From the NCBI GenBank assembly GCA_037379345.1, contig CM074511.1, positions 59,712,862 to 59,776,861 on the forward strand: DNA of 64,000 nucleotides. Direction: 5' to 3'. This DNA is from Perna viridis. Its lineage: Eukaryota. A program made the translations under genes and the position numbers. Positions 29,001 through 41,252 of this stretch are shown one piece after another. Positions within the stretch are counted from its first letter, which is position 1. The number at the start of each line of letters is the position of its first letter. The notes below the pieces were generated by a model. The model was given only the letters and a program-made list of their open reading frames with translations, made no database searches and had not been told where the DNA came from.

Positions 29001-30330
29001 GATTTTGGTTGAAGACATCGATATTTTAGATACTTGCATGTTATATGTTACTTTCTGATTGGAAAGAAAAACGAAAAGTAAAGAAGCCCTACTGCTCATA
29101 TACAAACAATGATAAACATTATCAAAGTTAGATTTTATCTTAACTACTTGTCACAGAACGATGTAAACTTCTCCGCCTCAACCCACCTGAAAATTAAATA
29201 AAAAGGGTTCTTCAGATACATTAATATAGATATCTCACCACATCAGCGGGTACTTAACAAAGTTTGGAATTTGCTTATTCACTTAAAGTGGCTCACGGGT
29301 AGCGGTCAAGAGGGACTATCTAAAACCGCTGAGACTAAACATCAGTTATTATCATATTTACTTGAAACCTGTTTGAAGGACAAAGCTGGTAAAGGAATGT
29401 ATGCTTCACTCGTATGTAAATGTTTGTTACCCTTCACAATGGCGATAGACAACTCAATACAAAATCTCGACATCCAGCTGCTGAAAGAATTTGATAAGTG
29501 GTTATTTAAAGTAGAGTGTATTACTATTTGTATGAGTAAACGTACGTCACTTAGTAAAACTCGTCCTTCAAATGACCAAAAAGTATGCAATGTCATTTTT
29601 CATCTAAATTTTGCAGGATTAGAGGCTTAGATAGAAACGCAAAAGTAAATACATTGAACATATCTGTGGTCTATATACATGAAGTCGAAACATTACCATA
29701 TAGACCATGAAAATGATCTCTTGAATACCTTGCAAAAAACTCTCAACAAGTGATCAATAAGTGCTTAACATTATTTATATTTAGACTTAAAGACTTAATT
29801 TGTTCATTTATTCCTTATCCTTGCGTTACATAATCGAGAAGAAATGACTTACTGGTTAGTTTGGTTTGCATAAAAAAAGAAAAAAATTCCAGCGTTGCTC
29901 ATTTCTTAAGAAAAATGAATCTGGTATAGTCTGGGCCAGTTTTCGGTAGACACTTTCCTTCTTTTAGAGTCCCACAACATGTAATTAAAATTGTTTTGTA
30001 ACTTTGAGTATCATCGAATGTATTGAGCAAGCCGTAATATGATAGCCCTATCAGCATGTGTAGTTGTTATACTTTGAATACATTTTATATGTCTACAGTG
30101 TACTTTTATATCAAACGTGTTTTTAAAGGAAGGACTGAAACCATTCTTCAAACATCCATTGGATGTGTTTCCTGAAGTAGCCGAAGTTCTGTCAGATATT
30201 GCCTTTCTTTAAAGTGAGTTAAAATGAGAAGAACAAAACAGAACCAGGAATGGAAGAAATACAACAGACGTTGAAGAGAAGATATCTGTATACAAAATAG
30301 ACCAAGAAAAAAAAAGACGAAAAATGATGA

Positions 30331-31015
30331 GAAATCTAGGGATAAAACAGAACCGGGAATACCAAACAGACAACAGGCGTCAAATGAGGAGAAATTTATG
30401 AACAAAACAGAACCAGCCACATCAAACAGACAACATACGTCAAATGAGGAGAAACCTGCGGACAAAACAGAATCAGGAACACCAAACAGAAAACAGATGT
30501 CAAATGAGGAGAAATCTATGAAAAAATATTACCAGCCACACCAAACAGACAACATACCTCAAATGAGAAATCTATGGAAATACAGAATTAGGAACACCAA
30601 ACAAACAACAGACGTTAAATGAGGAAACATCTACGGACAAAACAGAACCGTAAACACCAAACAAACAACAAACGTCAAATAAGGAGAAACATATTAACAA
30701 AACAGAACCAGCCACACCGAACAGACCACAGATGTCAATGAGGAGAAACATATTAACAAAACAGAACCAGCCACACCGAACAGACCACAGATGTCAATGA
30801 GGAGAAATCTATGGACAAAACAGAATCAGGAACATCAACAAGACAATAAACGTCAAGTGAGAAGAAATCTATGAACAAAACAAAACCAGCCACACCAAAC
30901 AAACCACAGACGTCAAATGATGAGAAATCTATAAACAAAATAGAGTAGGGTACAACAAACAGACAACGGACGTCAAATGAGTGGAAATCTAGAGACAAAA
31001 CAGAACCAGCTAATC
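30331..31015. repeat. 60-bp tandem repeat, ~12 copies, with two alternating variants
   Basis: Unit approx gaaatctatggacaaaacagaa(ccagcc/tcagga)acaccaaacagacaacagacgtcaaatgagga. Copies at 30331, 30391, 30451, 30511 and onward. An exact 59-bp duplication lies near 30686-30803. Confidence 0.95.
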
Positions 31016-31053
31016 AAAACAACTTGGTATTTTTCAGCAATATTACACAAAGT

Positions 31054-31315
31054 TCAGTGCTCACCGACAATTTCATCTTTTAATTTAAACTTCCCGCTCA
31101 AATACAAATAAAAAAACATACGTAGATCACATGTACACGTATGATATTTAAGAGGTACATTTTGATCTCGTATGAAGATAGAATTAACGGTTCTACGGCA
31201 CCGATCCGCAGCATAAGGTGGTGTATTAATATTATAATTATGCAAATCATATGCGAATGCATAGTACTGAAACAACGAGTGCAAGAAGTTGCCAACAATA
31301 TTAGCGACTTAAAAA
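31054..31315 (-). mobile_element. 5' part of HINE/Helentron-like family A (intact 5' end)
   Basis: Homologous to 44520-44743 and to the reverse complement of 40251-40480. On the minus strand it begins ttttt-aagtcgctaa-tattg-ttggcaactt, i.e. T-run, subTIR and its nearby inverted copy. Confidence 0.75.
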
Positions 31316-32188
31316 GACGTGTCAACTTAACCCTATAACCTTATTGCCAGTTTAAGGTATCAATTTACGTTATTCATCACCTTCATGGAATCTCGTCATA
31401 AATTTCATGTACCTTTGCCTTCAAGTTACTATTTCAAATATGATTCTTTTTTTTTAAATATAAAATCCAATATATAATTTATACACAGTTAAGGTCTTTG
31501 TTAGTTGGGTACTATTAAGTAGACCATCTTTCACAGAATATAATCGAAGTCTTTAATATAGTTAATCTGTTAATGAAAGGGTCATACGTCAAGATAAATC
31601 GTATATTCAACATTTCTATTACATACTTATCTCTTACAACCTAATGATTTTGTTTGGAATTCTGAATATGAAAGCCCTTGCTGATCTTCGACACAAAGAA
31701 TAAAGGATCATATGCATGCTTCAATGACATTAAAGAGGGGAGTATAATTACAGAGGAAAAACATCTTTATAAGTTAAATTCTACCAGGATTGTATGGCTA
31801 ACATTTTTTTTTAAATAAGCTTCATACCTATTTTTATGTTCAAGGTTAAGCAGGAGCAACAAGGACGGAAAGGAGAATATTTGCACCGCAAAGGGGACTT
31901 TAAAACGACAACAAAATTAACAAAGTTTGCTTCTTGAAGGTTTTCAGCCTACCAACATACATAAACCTGAATCACAAATAAAGGAAACGTGGTGTATAGA
32001 GACATATAATTGATATATTAAATTTATGTCTCTTTATTCTGTATTATAGGTGAAACATAAGACTTCCGGTCTGTGTTCTCCGTCTAATGTCTTTTAAGCA
32101 GACCAAATTATTATCAGTATTTTGTATTTACTTTTTGACTGCACGAAATTATATTCAGTGTTTTTTTGGTTTTTTTTAAATATATCAG

Positions 32189-32360
32189 CCCCGTGGGGGT
32201 CCGGGTGTCAAAAGAATAGACGCGCAGCAGCACTTAGCTTGTCGTGAAAGGCGACTAAATAGTGCTCAGAACCCTGGCCTGGGGCTAGGGCGCTCTGCCC
32301 ACAGAGAAACTGGGTTGTGTGCCCCAGGTGGTGGAATGGGACACCACTGGGATGTTTCAT
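32189..32360 (+). mobile_element. 3'-truncated second copy of the structured SINE-like element (head only)
   Basis: Colinear with 3486-3657. Shared blocks include gtccgggtgtcaaaagaatag, gcttgtcgtRaaaggcgactaaatag, gctcagaaccct, gcccacagag and gtgccccaggtggtggaatggg. Confidence 0.9.
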
Positions 32361-35300
32361 CCATACTAAGTTTGACTGTTCTAGATCCTACACAATGCAT
32401 GAATTGTCCGATCACTTGACTCGATTTTTTAGTACATTTCGAAATAAACTTGTAAATATAAGTACATGTATCTAACATATCGGGTGAAACCCACACAGAT
32501 GCCGAATCATTTAAAAATGGTATGAAATATTATGCTAATGTGATGCAATATAAATTCTTCCGTGTTGAACATATATGGAGATAGTACATTTCGTGGCAGA
32601 TCTTAACATTTTGTTTGATAGTTATCATGCAGAAACGTTAATATTTAACACCTGTTTCTACAGCTTACAAATTACCATTTTAATGGGTATTGGATAATCA
32701 CAATATACATAAATGTTCGGGCTTTATTTCCATCTATTTACAATTCTACATACAGAAAAATAAAACTGAATTAAATTTACATTTTTCAAATTTTTAGAGG
32801 TGTTTGTCGACAAAAATGCAATATAATTCCGCACCAGTGTTATACAACAGATACGCCTCATACATGTACATTAAAAAATACATGTATGGAATATATCACT
32901 TGACATGGTTCCTTATGTTAAGCTGTACCATTCTTAAAATACTTTCACTTATTCCTAAATTCGGATTTCTGACTACTTGGACTATATCTTGTTTGATTAC
33001 TTGGTAAGTTGTTGATATTGACTGACAAACTGACGAGGTTCATATCACTGTATAGTTATATATACTATATTTAAGTTTTTTATGTGGATATCACACATAT
33101 CAAACAAAGAAAAAGAGGAAATCATACGTTTAGATAAAAATAACAGATTTAATTACTTTTATGTTTTCCTTAAAATATTTTTTATGATCCCTAAATATAT
33201 ACATACATGCTTATACAGGGAACGAAAAAAATGTGTGTTACATGAAAAACATATTCATGGGCTGTTGTTTTGTAAGAGGTTGCATATAAAAAAACAACCT
33301 TCGTACTGGTATTTTCCAAGTTTCTGTAGCACTTATTGATTTCAAATGAATATGTGGATATTGTTGTTCCGAATACCCCGATAAATTTTTTTTCAAAATT
33401 ACGTAGCTTATCCATTTTGAACACAAAGCCTCAGGATTGTTGCATCCTTAAATAAAAAATGTCTGTGACTATATCCTTATTCTTAATTCGTTGCACATTC
33501 CGACTTACGGTCGATAAAGATAAATATCGAGACAGTTAGTGTCAATGTGTGGACATTAAATTTCTATAGCAAAAATAAAATTAAAACATTTTTATTACAT
33601 TAAACTTGATAATTTAATCAATAGAAAATGCTTCAGTTAGATGACTAAACTAGAAAACAAACTTAAAACAAAGTGACCAAGAACACAAACTACAAACATA
33701 ACCGGAAACAAATTTCAAACAAGACTGAGAAAATTAAAGGGCCGATGGCATTGAACCTCGGAAGTCATGAGATATTTCATTAGTTTTTTAAAGACTTCAA
33801 TCGGTAATTTGTTCTGTCTGTATTTCACAAAGACTTATTATTAACAACGGAAACAGCGCTTTCACCACTACTAAAGAATCCATACAATTTAAAATTTCGT
33901 TTTCCTCCTTTTTTTTTGTTTCGTTTCATTTCGTTTTTATTTTGTTGTTCAATGTGTAATCTAGATAACTTAATTTTAGGTTTAAATGTAGCCAGTTACC
34001 TGGAATCCATACATGTATATGGATATCAAAGGCTTTAATAAAATATAGTTCAAATTTCTAAATATGTATTTGAATTTTTCTTTGACAATCAATTATGGAA
34101 AATATAATTTCAATCGTATACTGTAATTTAAACAGGCATGCATCTATACAGAAGATTCCATTTGATACATTTTAATATTCATCCGCCAGATCTCTTTCGC
34201 GGTGGAAGTACTTTTAAGGCGGTTATCAACCGGATGTTCTTTCGGTCGACTTCAGGTATTAAGTCTTGTATTGCATATTCCTGAGCAAAACAAGGAGGCA
34301 AAAAATATGTTGCGCTTCCTTTTCGCCTTTTCTTGTATTTTGTTTTTCGCAAATTATCATTTTTCATTAAAAAAATATACAGGTTTAATACCAGCTATAA
34401 TACATTGAACCTTTTTTTTTAGGAAAAACAGTATTTTCATGAAAAATAATTCTTCAGAAAAGAGGTCTATTTTATGAACTCAAAATAAAAGTGAAAGTAG
34501 AAGTCTATTTTAGTTCGACCTGTTCTGGTGTACCAAATCTCGTGCTTTTTCTTTCTAAAATGGACCCAAAAATTATTTTTGATATTCCCTTAATAGAAAA
34601 AACATGGTCAAAAGTTAGATTGAAACTCCTTGTCTATTTAAAAAAGATCATGAAAAATTAAAGTTTACTAGAAAAGCATAGGGGAAAAGTCTACAAGGCT
34701 GAGACCATCAGATGGTTATAAGACTCAAAAGTCACATGACTCCCGAGAAAAAGAGAAAAAAAATGAGTGCATGGGCACTGTCACTCATTTAGAATTAATA
34801 TGAATTGTCAACCTCCGTACTGTCACAAGTAATGACAAATTAAGCATATTAATTCATACTTTCATTCCAATGTCTCGTGTTTTCACATCACTTGCTGTCA
34901 GTAGACTATGCATGTATCTTTTAACAATAGGTATATAATCTTACAGGACTGTGTTAGTAGTAGGGTAATGCCAAAGGAGGGTAGACATCATATTTCTCGT
35001 TAACAGATGGCTCGATTTTGTTATTTGAATATAGGTATTCTCCTATTTATATTACAAAAATAAATATATTTTGAGATTCTTGGCAATTGTCATAAATTTT
35101 GGACAAGGTTACATCGTGTTTTAAGATGCCCTTTATACCAAACACAGGTTCAATACAGAAGGGTAAATGTAACTGTGATTGATATCACCTCTTAGTTGCG
35201 ACTACGAGTCTCTAATTTTTAAGCACATAAAAAAAATGGTTTATGTTGCATATGTTCGATTATTTTTGTTTTGTTTTCATATTTTACAATCAATTCAAAA

Positions 35301-37210
35301 ATAAATTAATTTGAGATAAATACTGTAATCTGATTGGTTAAAATAATTTTGTTATATCGCAATGGATACAAAAAATATTGACTCGCCCCTATTCAGTTAA
35401 ATTCAGAGCTACTTTTCTCATGTTTAAAGATAAAAATATGTTTTAAAATTAATTTGTAAGAATTTGGAATGATAAAAATTTTTCCATTGAAAAATAATAT
35501 AAATTTTCCATGTGTATTTTATTATTATTATTATTGCCAATTCTTAATTAGACCTACCAGTTTTTCAGTTAATGCATGAATGTTACTGAATGGAACAACT
35601 AGTATGTCTTTTCCAAGAGTAAATTTTATATCTATAATATATATGAACACGAAAGTGTCTAGTGTCTCTCCTATGAACTTCCGCGTTTATATATTTTTCC
35701 CAAACGACTCTAAATAAACTTTACAAATCTTGCAGGTCTGCGCAAATTTACAATGTTTTGAATTCTTAATTACGACCTACGTCCAATCTTCAGAAATCAG
35801 AGTGACATATGGTTTAAGATTTTTGTCTTTACGATCAGTTTGCATGCAATATCCGTTGCATAATACTCTTTCTATCTATTTATTAATTGATTTATTCGAG
35901 CCCGGTTTCTTTCTTGTAGGTCTTCCCTCTCGTGTGGACCCTGTGCTGCCGTGCGGGGGTCGGACAATGAAGGATCATTTTGCAAGTGCTTGATTACACG
36001 ACTAACCACTACAAATGAATGTAACTGAACAAATTGCATAATTCTTGCTTGAACATTCGTTGATGCGTTAAATCACAATTGACAGTTGTATACGTAAGAT
36101 ATTTAATACGAAGGCCTCTTTAAAGGTGTAATTATTGCTTAGTAATTAATAGTTAATTGAAATGTTGACAGGTATGTTTATCTATTTACATGAATTTGAG
36201 AAATTGACAAGAAGATAATGTGAGAAGCATTCCTGAAATGGTTCTTTTAGATGGGGTTAAAAAGAAAGGGCGTATCACTCACAAGAAAGAAAGATGGAGA
36301 TAGTTAATCTTCAAATACAACTCTTTACAAGAAAGATGCCGTGAGTTAAGGTACATGACTGGAATAGTGATGATAAATGATACGTCTACTATTTAGTAGC
36401 ATACAATGTTACATTACTGGTCAATGCCTCCCACCCTGATATACTGGTATAGAATACTTGCTAGCACATAGGCTTAAAGACAACAGTGCTTATCATTAGA
36501 TGCGGAAAAATACAATATAATACAAATAATGCACATGTAGACAACTTATCTAATTTAGTTATACTGCATGTTGTTTAATTAGAGCTAGGACGTGTTTGTG
36601 TAATGATGGATAAATACTCTCACTAAACAGTTATGTAGTCCTCCTTAGACCAGCTCTGTGTGATGTTTGTTAAGACGGTTACTTAAAAAAAGATGGTATT
36701 ACTTAACCTTAGGACTATATTAATTTTCTTACCTTTATAAAATATATTTTAATTTTTGAAATACGTGATAGATTTCAGCAAAACCTACTTGAAGCAAATC
36801 TGGTTGTTACGAAGACACCTACATACATATGTGTACTACTTTCTCTATTGTCCTTTGAATAACAAGTTGAAAGGCCTTGAAGTAAATATTCTGCTGAAAA
36901 GCTCTATAATTCTAAATAAATTTAACTCGTAGTAGAAACATAACAGTTGTATTTGAGAATCGTCAAATGTACTATAGGGATTTGGTGGCATTTTGGTAAC
37001 ACAGCCAGCCTTCTGCTATATACCAGTAAGTCACGCAGTTTTCGAAGTTTTTGCAGTATTATATGAATGGATATTTATTCGTATAAAGGCGACTTGATAA
37101 ATATAACGTACGGCCTGGAATTACATACAAAAGTCGACCAAAGTTATAACCAACATATGTTGGGTCGTTAAAGGTAATATATACAATATAGGTACATTGT
37201 CGAAAATTAT

Positions 37211-37310
37211 TGAAGATATGTGATGAGGCGACGGAACGGGTAGGAAATGCGAGGCTCCGCCGAGCTATTTCCCCCATTCCAACACGAAAACACACCATAT
37301 AATCCGTCAA
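37211..37310. repeat. Imperfect hairpin with CGAGGC-NNN-GCCGAG apex (Crypton-like non-autonomous element end)
   Basis: ggaacgggtaggaaatgcgaggc-tcc-gccgagctatttcccccattcc arms are visible. The Crypton assignment is from memory of mollusc and cnidarian repeats. Confidence 0.5.
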
Positions 37311-39822
37311 AGCTGTTTGAAGAAAATAAACAATGTATCAAAATGTATTTAATTCCAAGAGACAAATAAGTAAAATGAACAATAAATACAAATATTTTGA
37401 ATGTTGTAAAGTCGATGATTTTAAGAACATTAAAGTTTTGAATTTCGCCAGGAAGGTGGTAGCTGACTTGTTTCTGTTTGGTATATGGCAGTAGAATTCA
37501 GGGGTGAAATTTGTGCACTAGTTTCTTTGGGATTTGAAATATTTGTTTGAGATTTTTGAAGAAGAGGAGGCAGTTGTATGGGCAGATCTATAATGTAGTG
37601 TTCCTCTGATTCATTATCTTGGGGTTTAGGCTGTAATAAATCCAAGACCATAACAGTTTCCTGGTCATTTGTCTCTTTTATCATATTGTAACGATTCAAT
37701 GTCTTTAAGTGGGAACCAGTTTATGTTAAATTGTGACGGACACTCTGGCTCCGAGTCCGACATGACTAAAATGACAGGGGAAGTCGTCTGCAAACTGATA
37801 ATGAATCAAATCTGAACGAGATTTGGGATTTGCCATATATATGACCGTGAAAAAAAATAAAAACAAAATCATTATTTAGTTTACATAAAATCTTTTATTT
37901 CATTCAGATGAAAACGAAGCAAAACGGCAAAAAGAAAGATTAACCGGATACGCAATCGCAATTTGTTTATATCGTATCTATGGTGGCGGCCATGATTAAT
38001 TTACGCATACCAGAAAAAAAGTAGTTCCGCCGATCATGTGAGTAGTGGGAGGAGCCAGAAAGTCGATAACCTGCTAATGTACGGATACAGCAAAAAAAAT
38101 AATCGTATACCTTTATTCGTTTAACAAATAACCTCATTAACCTCATTGCAGGATAAAATAATGTAAAATCAATATTTGTCGTCGTATAAACCTAATGCAT
38201 GACATTTCTTTGTTTTCTGCTATACAAACAGTGCCTGCCATGCGACAGCAAAGACAGTATTTTAGATAATCCTTTTTTTTCCTGGAAAATTTTATATATT
38301 AACTGTAAAATTCAATAAAATAACTCTCAAGGAATAGTAAATGAGCGTACACGAATACAAAAAAAGATATCACAAACACGATTATGAAACAGATTTGCGG
38401 GAATAGAACCACACATGTCGAGGAAGTTCGAATTGGACAGAACATTTAAACAATTTATTGCTTTCATGCAGAAGTCTTTGAAAGTATAAAAATAAGGAAA
38501 CTTTAACTAAATCCTGAAATATCCTGTCTCTTAACCCATTTGATTACCATGCCCATTGTAAAGCATTTTGAACTAGAAAAAAAATCATGCATCTACCTAA
38601 AACCGAACAAAATCTAAGGCCATGGGGAATTTGCTTTATATAGCTTTTACTTTATTGGAAAATAATAGATCTTGTGAATCATCGCATAGAGTGACACTCC
38701 TGTTTTCCCGTTATAATTCGATATAAAGTCTCTTCTATGATAGCCACGATGATTCAATGGTGTAAATTTGTAAGACATGAATACTATAGCAACATAAATT
38801 TCTTTAATGGACTCGGTTATAATGAAATCTAAAATCAATGTTGACACAATACTTTCCGGTCCCACTTAGTGCTACAATGAGAATCTATAATATTGTTAAC
38901 ATTACCAATGCAGTCATACATGTCAGACATGCGAAGTAAATAGGAACGGATTAGCACTCATACGATAGGAAAGACGGCCCAAAGATTTGGTGCTGAAATG
39001 GGGTTCGGGTTCGGTAAGAATAAATAACTGAAATAGTTTAGATGCGGTTTGTACGTTTTAGGGTGAAATAATTGTGAAAAGAGAGGAAAACATTAGGTCT
39101 CGTTCCAAATTCGGCACACGTGAATAATTGAAATATTTTGGAAAGAATTAGGTATTAGTGGAAAAAGAAAGTAAAAAGGTCGTGTTTACATTTGTCTTAT
39201 ATTTAAATTTATTTCCCGTTGCTGTGACGGAATTGTTTCCTTTTTTTGTAATACTGCCTACAGATTTTGTGATAAACACGACGGTCTTAGGGAATTCCAA
39301 GTCCTAAAATTTGGCTCAAACTTCGTAACATAATAATAAGTTTATCAATTAAGTTCAGTACTTTTTCTCTTTAACAGTTGAATAAATTTGTGACATGACA
39401 TCAGATGATTATTTCTTTATTTGATGGCCTAATATATCAGGGTTTTACGGTCTAGTATGTGCTTTGGAAACTACCAAGTTAGTTGGTCTCGTTTCGGTTT
39501 TACAACCCGAAAAACAAACTGTAGTTTTATGGTACTGACAGTATTTCTGGTGTAACTTGATAATTATAATGGATATTCTAATGTTCTTTATTTTACTTCA
39601 TCATACATTAATTGTAGTTATGAAATTATGGATATTGTTTAATAATTTCATTTCAGAAATAACATGAAAATGTTTATCCATCATCTGATAGACCAAATTT
39701 TGCAATATGTCTATGACGCCATCGACCTTTTTAAGACGCTATTACTAACCAACTACCAAAAACACGTTAAAATATGTCAAAAACTGACCAATTGATATGA
39801 ATTCAAACCGGGCATCTATGCG

Positions 39823-40244
39823 GGGCCAATATGAATTAAACCAGGGCCAATACGACATCATAACTTCCGGTCGTTTTGAGGCCATTTTGAGGTAGAATTG
39901 GATTTCTTGAACTTTGATTACCAGGACTAAAAGCTGCAGAAACACACAAAAAATATTCCATTTTATACAAAAAGGATATTTAAGACTGATTAATGCAAAT
40001 GAACCTACTTGTCTTTGGTAAAAACCGAAAACAACTGTTCTACAAATCATCTAGTAGAGTTGGTTAATAAAATTGTCAATAAATATGTAATTTCATATTG
40101 GCCCTGTTATAGGTTTCGGTCAATCATATTGGCCTCGGCAGCCGTATTGGCCCTCGGCGATGCCTCGGGACCAATACCACCGCCTCGACCAATATGACAG
40201 ACCTCAAACCTATAACAGAGCCAATATGAAATTACATATTTATT
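39823..40244. mobile_element. Crypton/MITE-like element: 167-bp terminal palindrome plus an upstream partial arm copy
   Basis: 40078-40116 pairs with 40206-40244 (39 bp, 1 mismatch), with further inner arms and apex ctcggc-gat-gcctcgg. gggccaatatgaatt at 39823 repeats the arm motif. Confidence 0.7.
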
Positions 40245-40250
40245 AACATA

Positions 40251-41053
40251 TAATATTGTTAGCGACTTCTTGTATATTCGCTTATGATTTGCAAAAATAT
40301 GTAATCATACGTCAAGTAATGCTGCAGATCCTCGCCGTTTTTACCGCCATAGCGTCATAGTTTTAACTTAATACGAGATAAAAGTGTACCTCTTGAGTAT
40401 CATACACGTGTGCTCTGCGTGTGTTTCTTGCTTGTACGAGAACGGGAAATTAACATGAAATGATCGGTTAGCTTTGAACATTACTTAGTTTCCGATTCAG
40501 GCACTAGGGTTCGTTACAAGACTATATTGGTGATTTACATTAGGACGCCCCGATATATATGAATATTTATTGCCAGTTGTTTAATCTGGTTCCTAATATG
40601 GTTCACTGGTCAATATCATAAGCGACCCAAAGATCGTTACAAGGTACCTCTTTTAAAAACATATCATACACACGTCTATGCGTGGTTTTTTTTTTTTTTT
40701 TTTTTTTGCTTGTATGAGAACTGGAAGTTTACATTAAAAGTGATAAAAGTGATCGTTTAGCATTGACTTTATGTAATATTACCCAGTTTCCGATTCAAAC
40801 ACAGGCGTTCGTTACGATTGACTATATAAAGGGCATGTATATTATCAGGACCCCGATATTTATAAATAGCCATTGCCAGTTGTGTAATCAAACGAAAGAG
40901 TACGCAATCATATCAAGGGAACCAAGATTTTAGCGGAAATCACCTGGTTTTAGAGCACATCGCATTCGTACCATTTCGGATGTTGAAAGGGAAGCCAAAA
41001 TCAGTGACAGTGAATATTTGACGATTAGCGACTTTGAGGACTTCAGCCTTTGA
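40251..41053 (+). mobile_element. HINE/Helentron-like family A, near-complete copy with internal ~270-bp tandem units
   Basis: ttagcgactt at 40259 and 41025, the latter followed by a small stem-loop (gaggac-ttca-gccttt). Internal unit starts gcttgtaYgagaac at 40430 and 40708. Reverse-complement homologous to 43837-44743. Confidence 0.75.
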
Positions 41054-41096
41054 TTTAGTGGTTTACTCATTGAATTATGATGCTAAAATTAAATTA

Positions 41097-41252
41097 TAAG
41101 GAATGACTGTTATATTCTTTTGGTCTGTTTGAAATAATCTCAATGCCCGTGGTGCACACTTGAAAATAACCTACTGCTCATGTTATTTAGTGTGCAACAC
41201 GTGATTGAGGTTATTTCTTCGTACAGCGAAAACATATAATAGTCATTCTTTT
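41097..41252. repeat. ~155-bp imperfect palindrome (MITE/Crypton-like)
   Basis: Nested arms: gaatgactgttatat/atataatagtcattc, gaaataatctcaat/attgaggttatttc, cgtggtgcacact/agtgtgcaacacg, aaataac/gttattt. Confidence 0.85.

Noticed and set aside
29271-29630. 119-aa ORF (and similar 100-120-aa ORFs at 4277, 14845, 18351, 39745)
   Set aside because: No domain motifs, mostly non-ATG starts, and composition as expected for random AT-rich ORFs.
37430-37765. Possible Crypton protein fragment (MSDSEPECPSQFNINWF / 89-aa low-complexity ORF)
   Set aside because: No tyrosine-recombinase catalytic motifs visible; only positional association with a hairpin.
40954-41053. Protein-like terminal exon AHRIRTISDVEREAKISDSEYLTISDFEDFSL*
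   Set aside because: It is part of repeat family A, and the homologous copy at 43840-44085 is frameshifted and interrupted.
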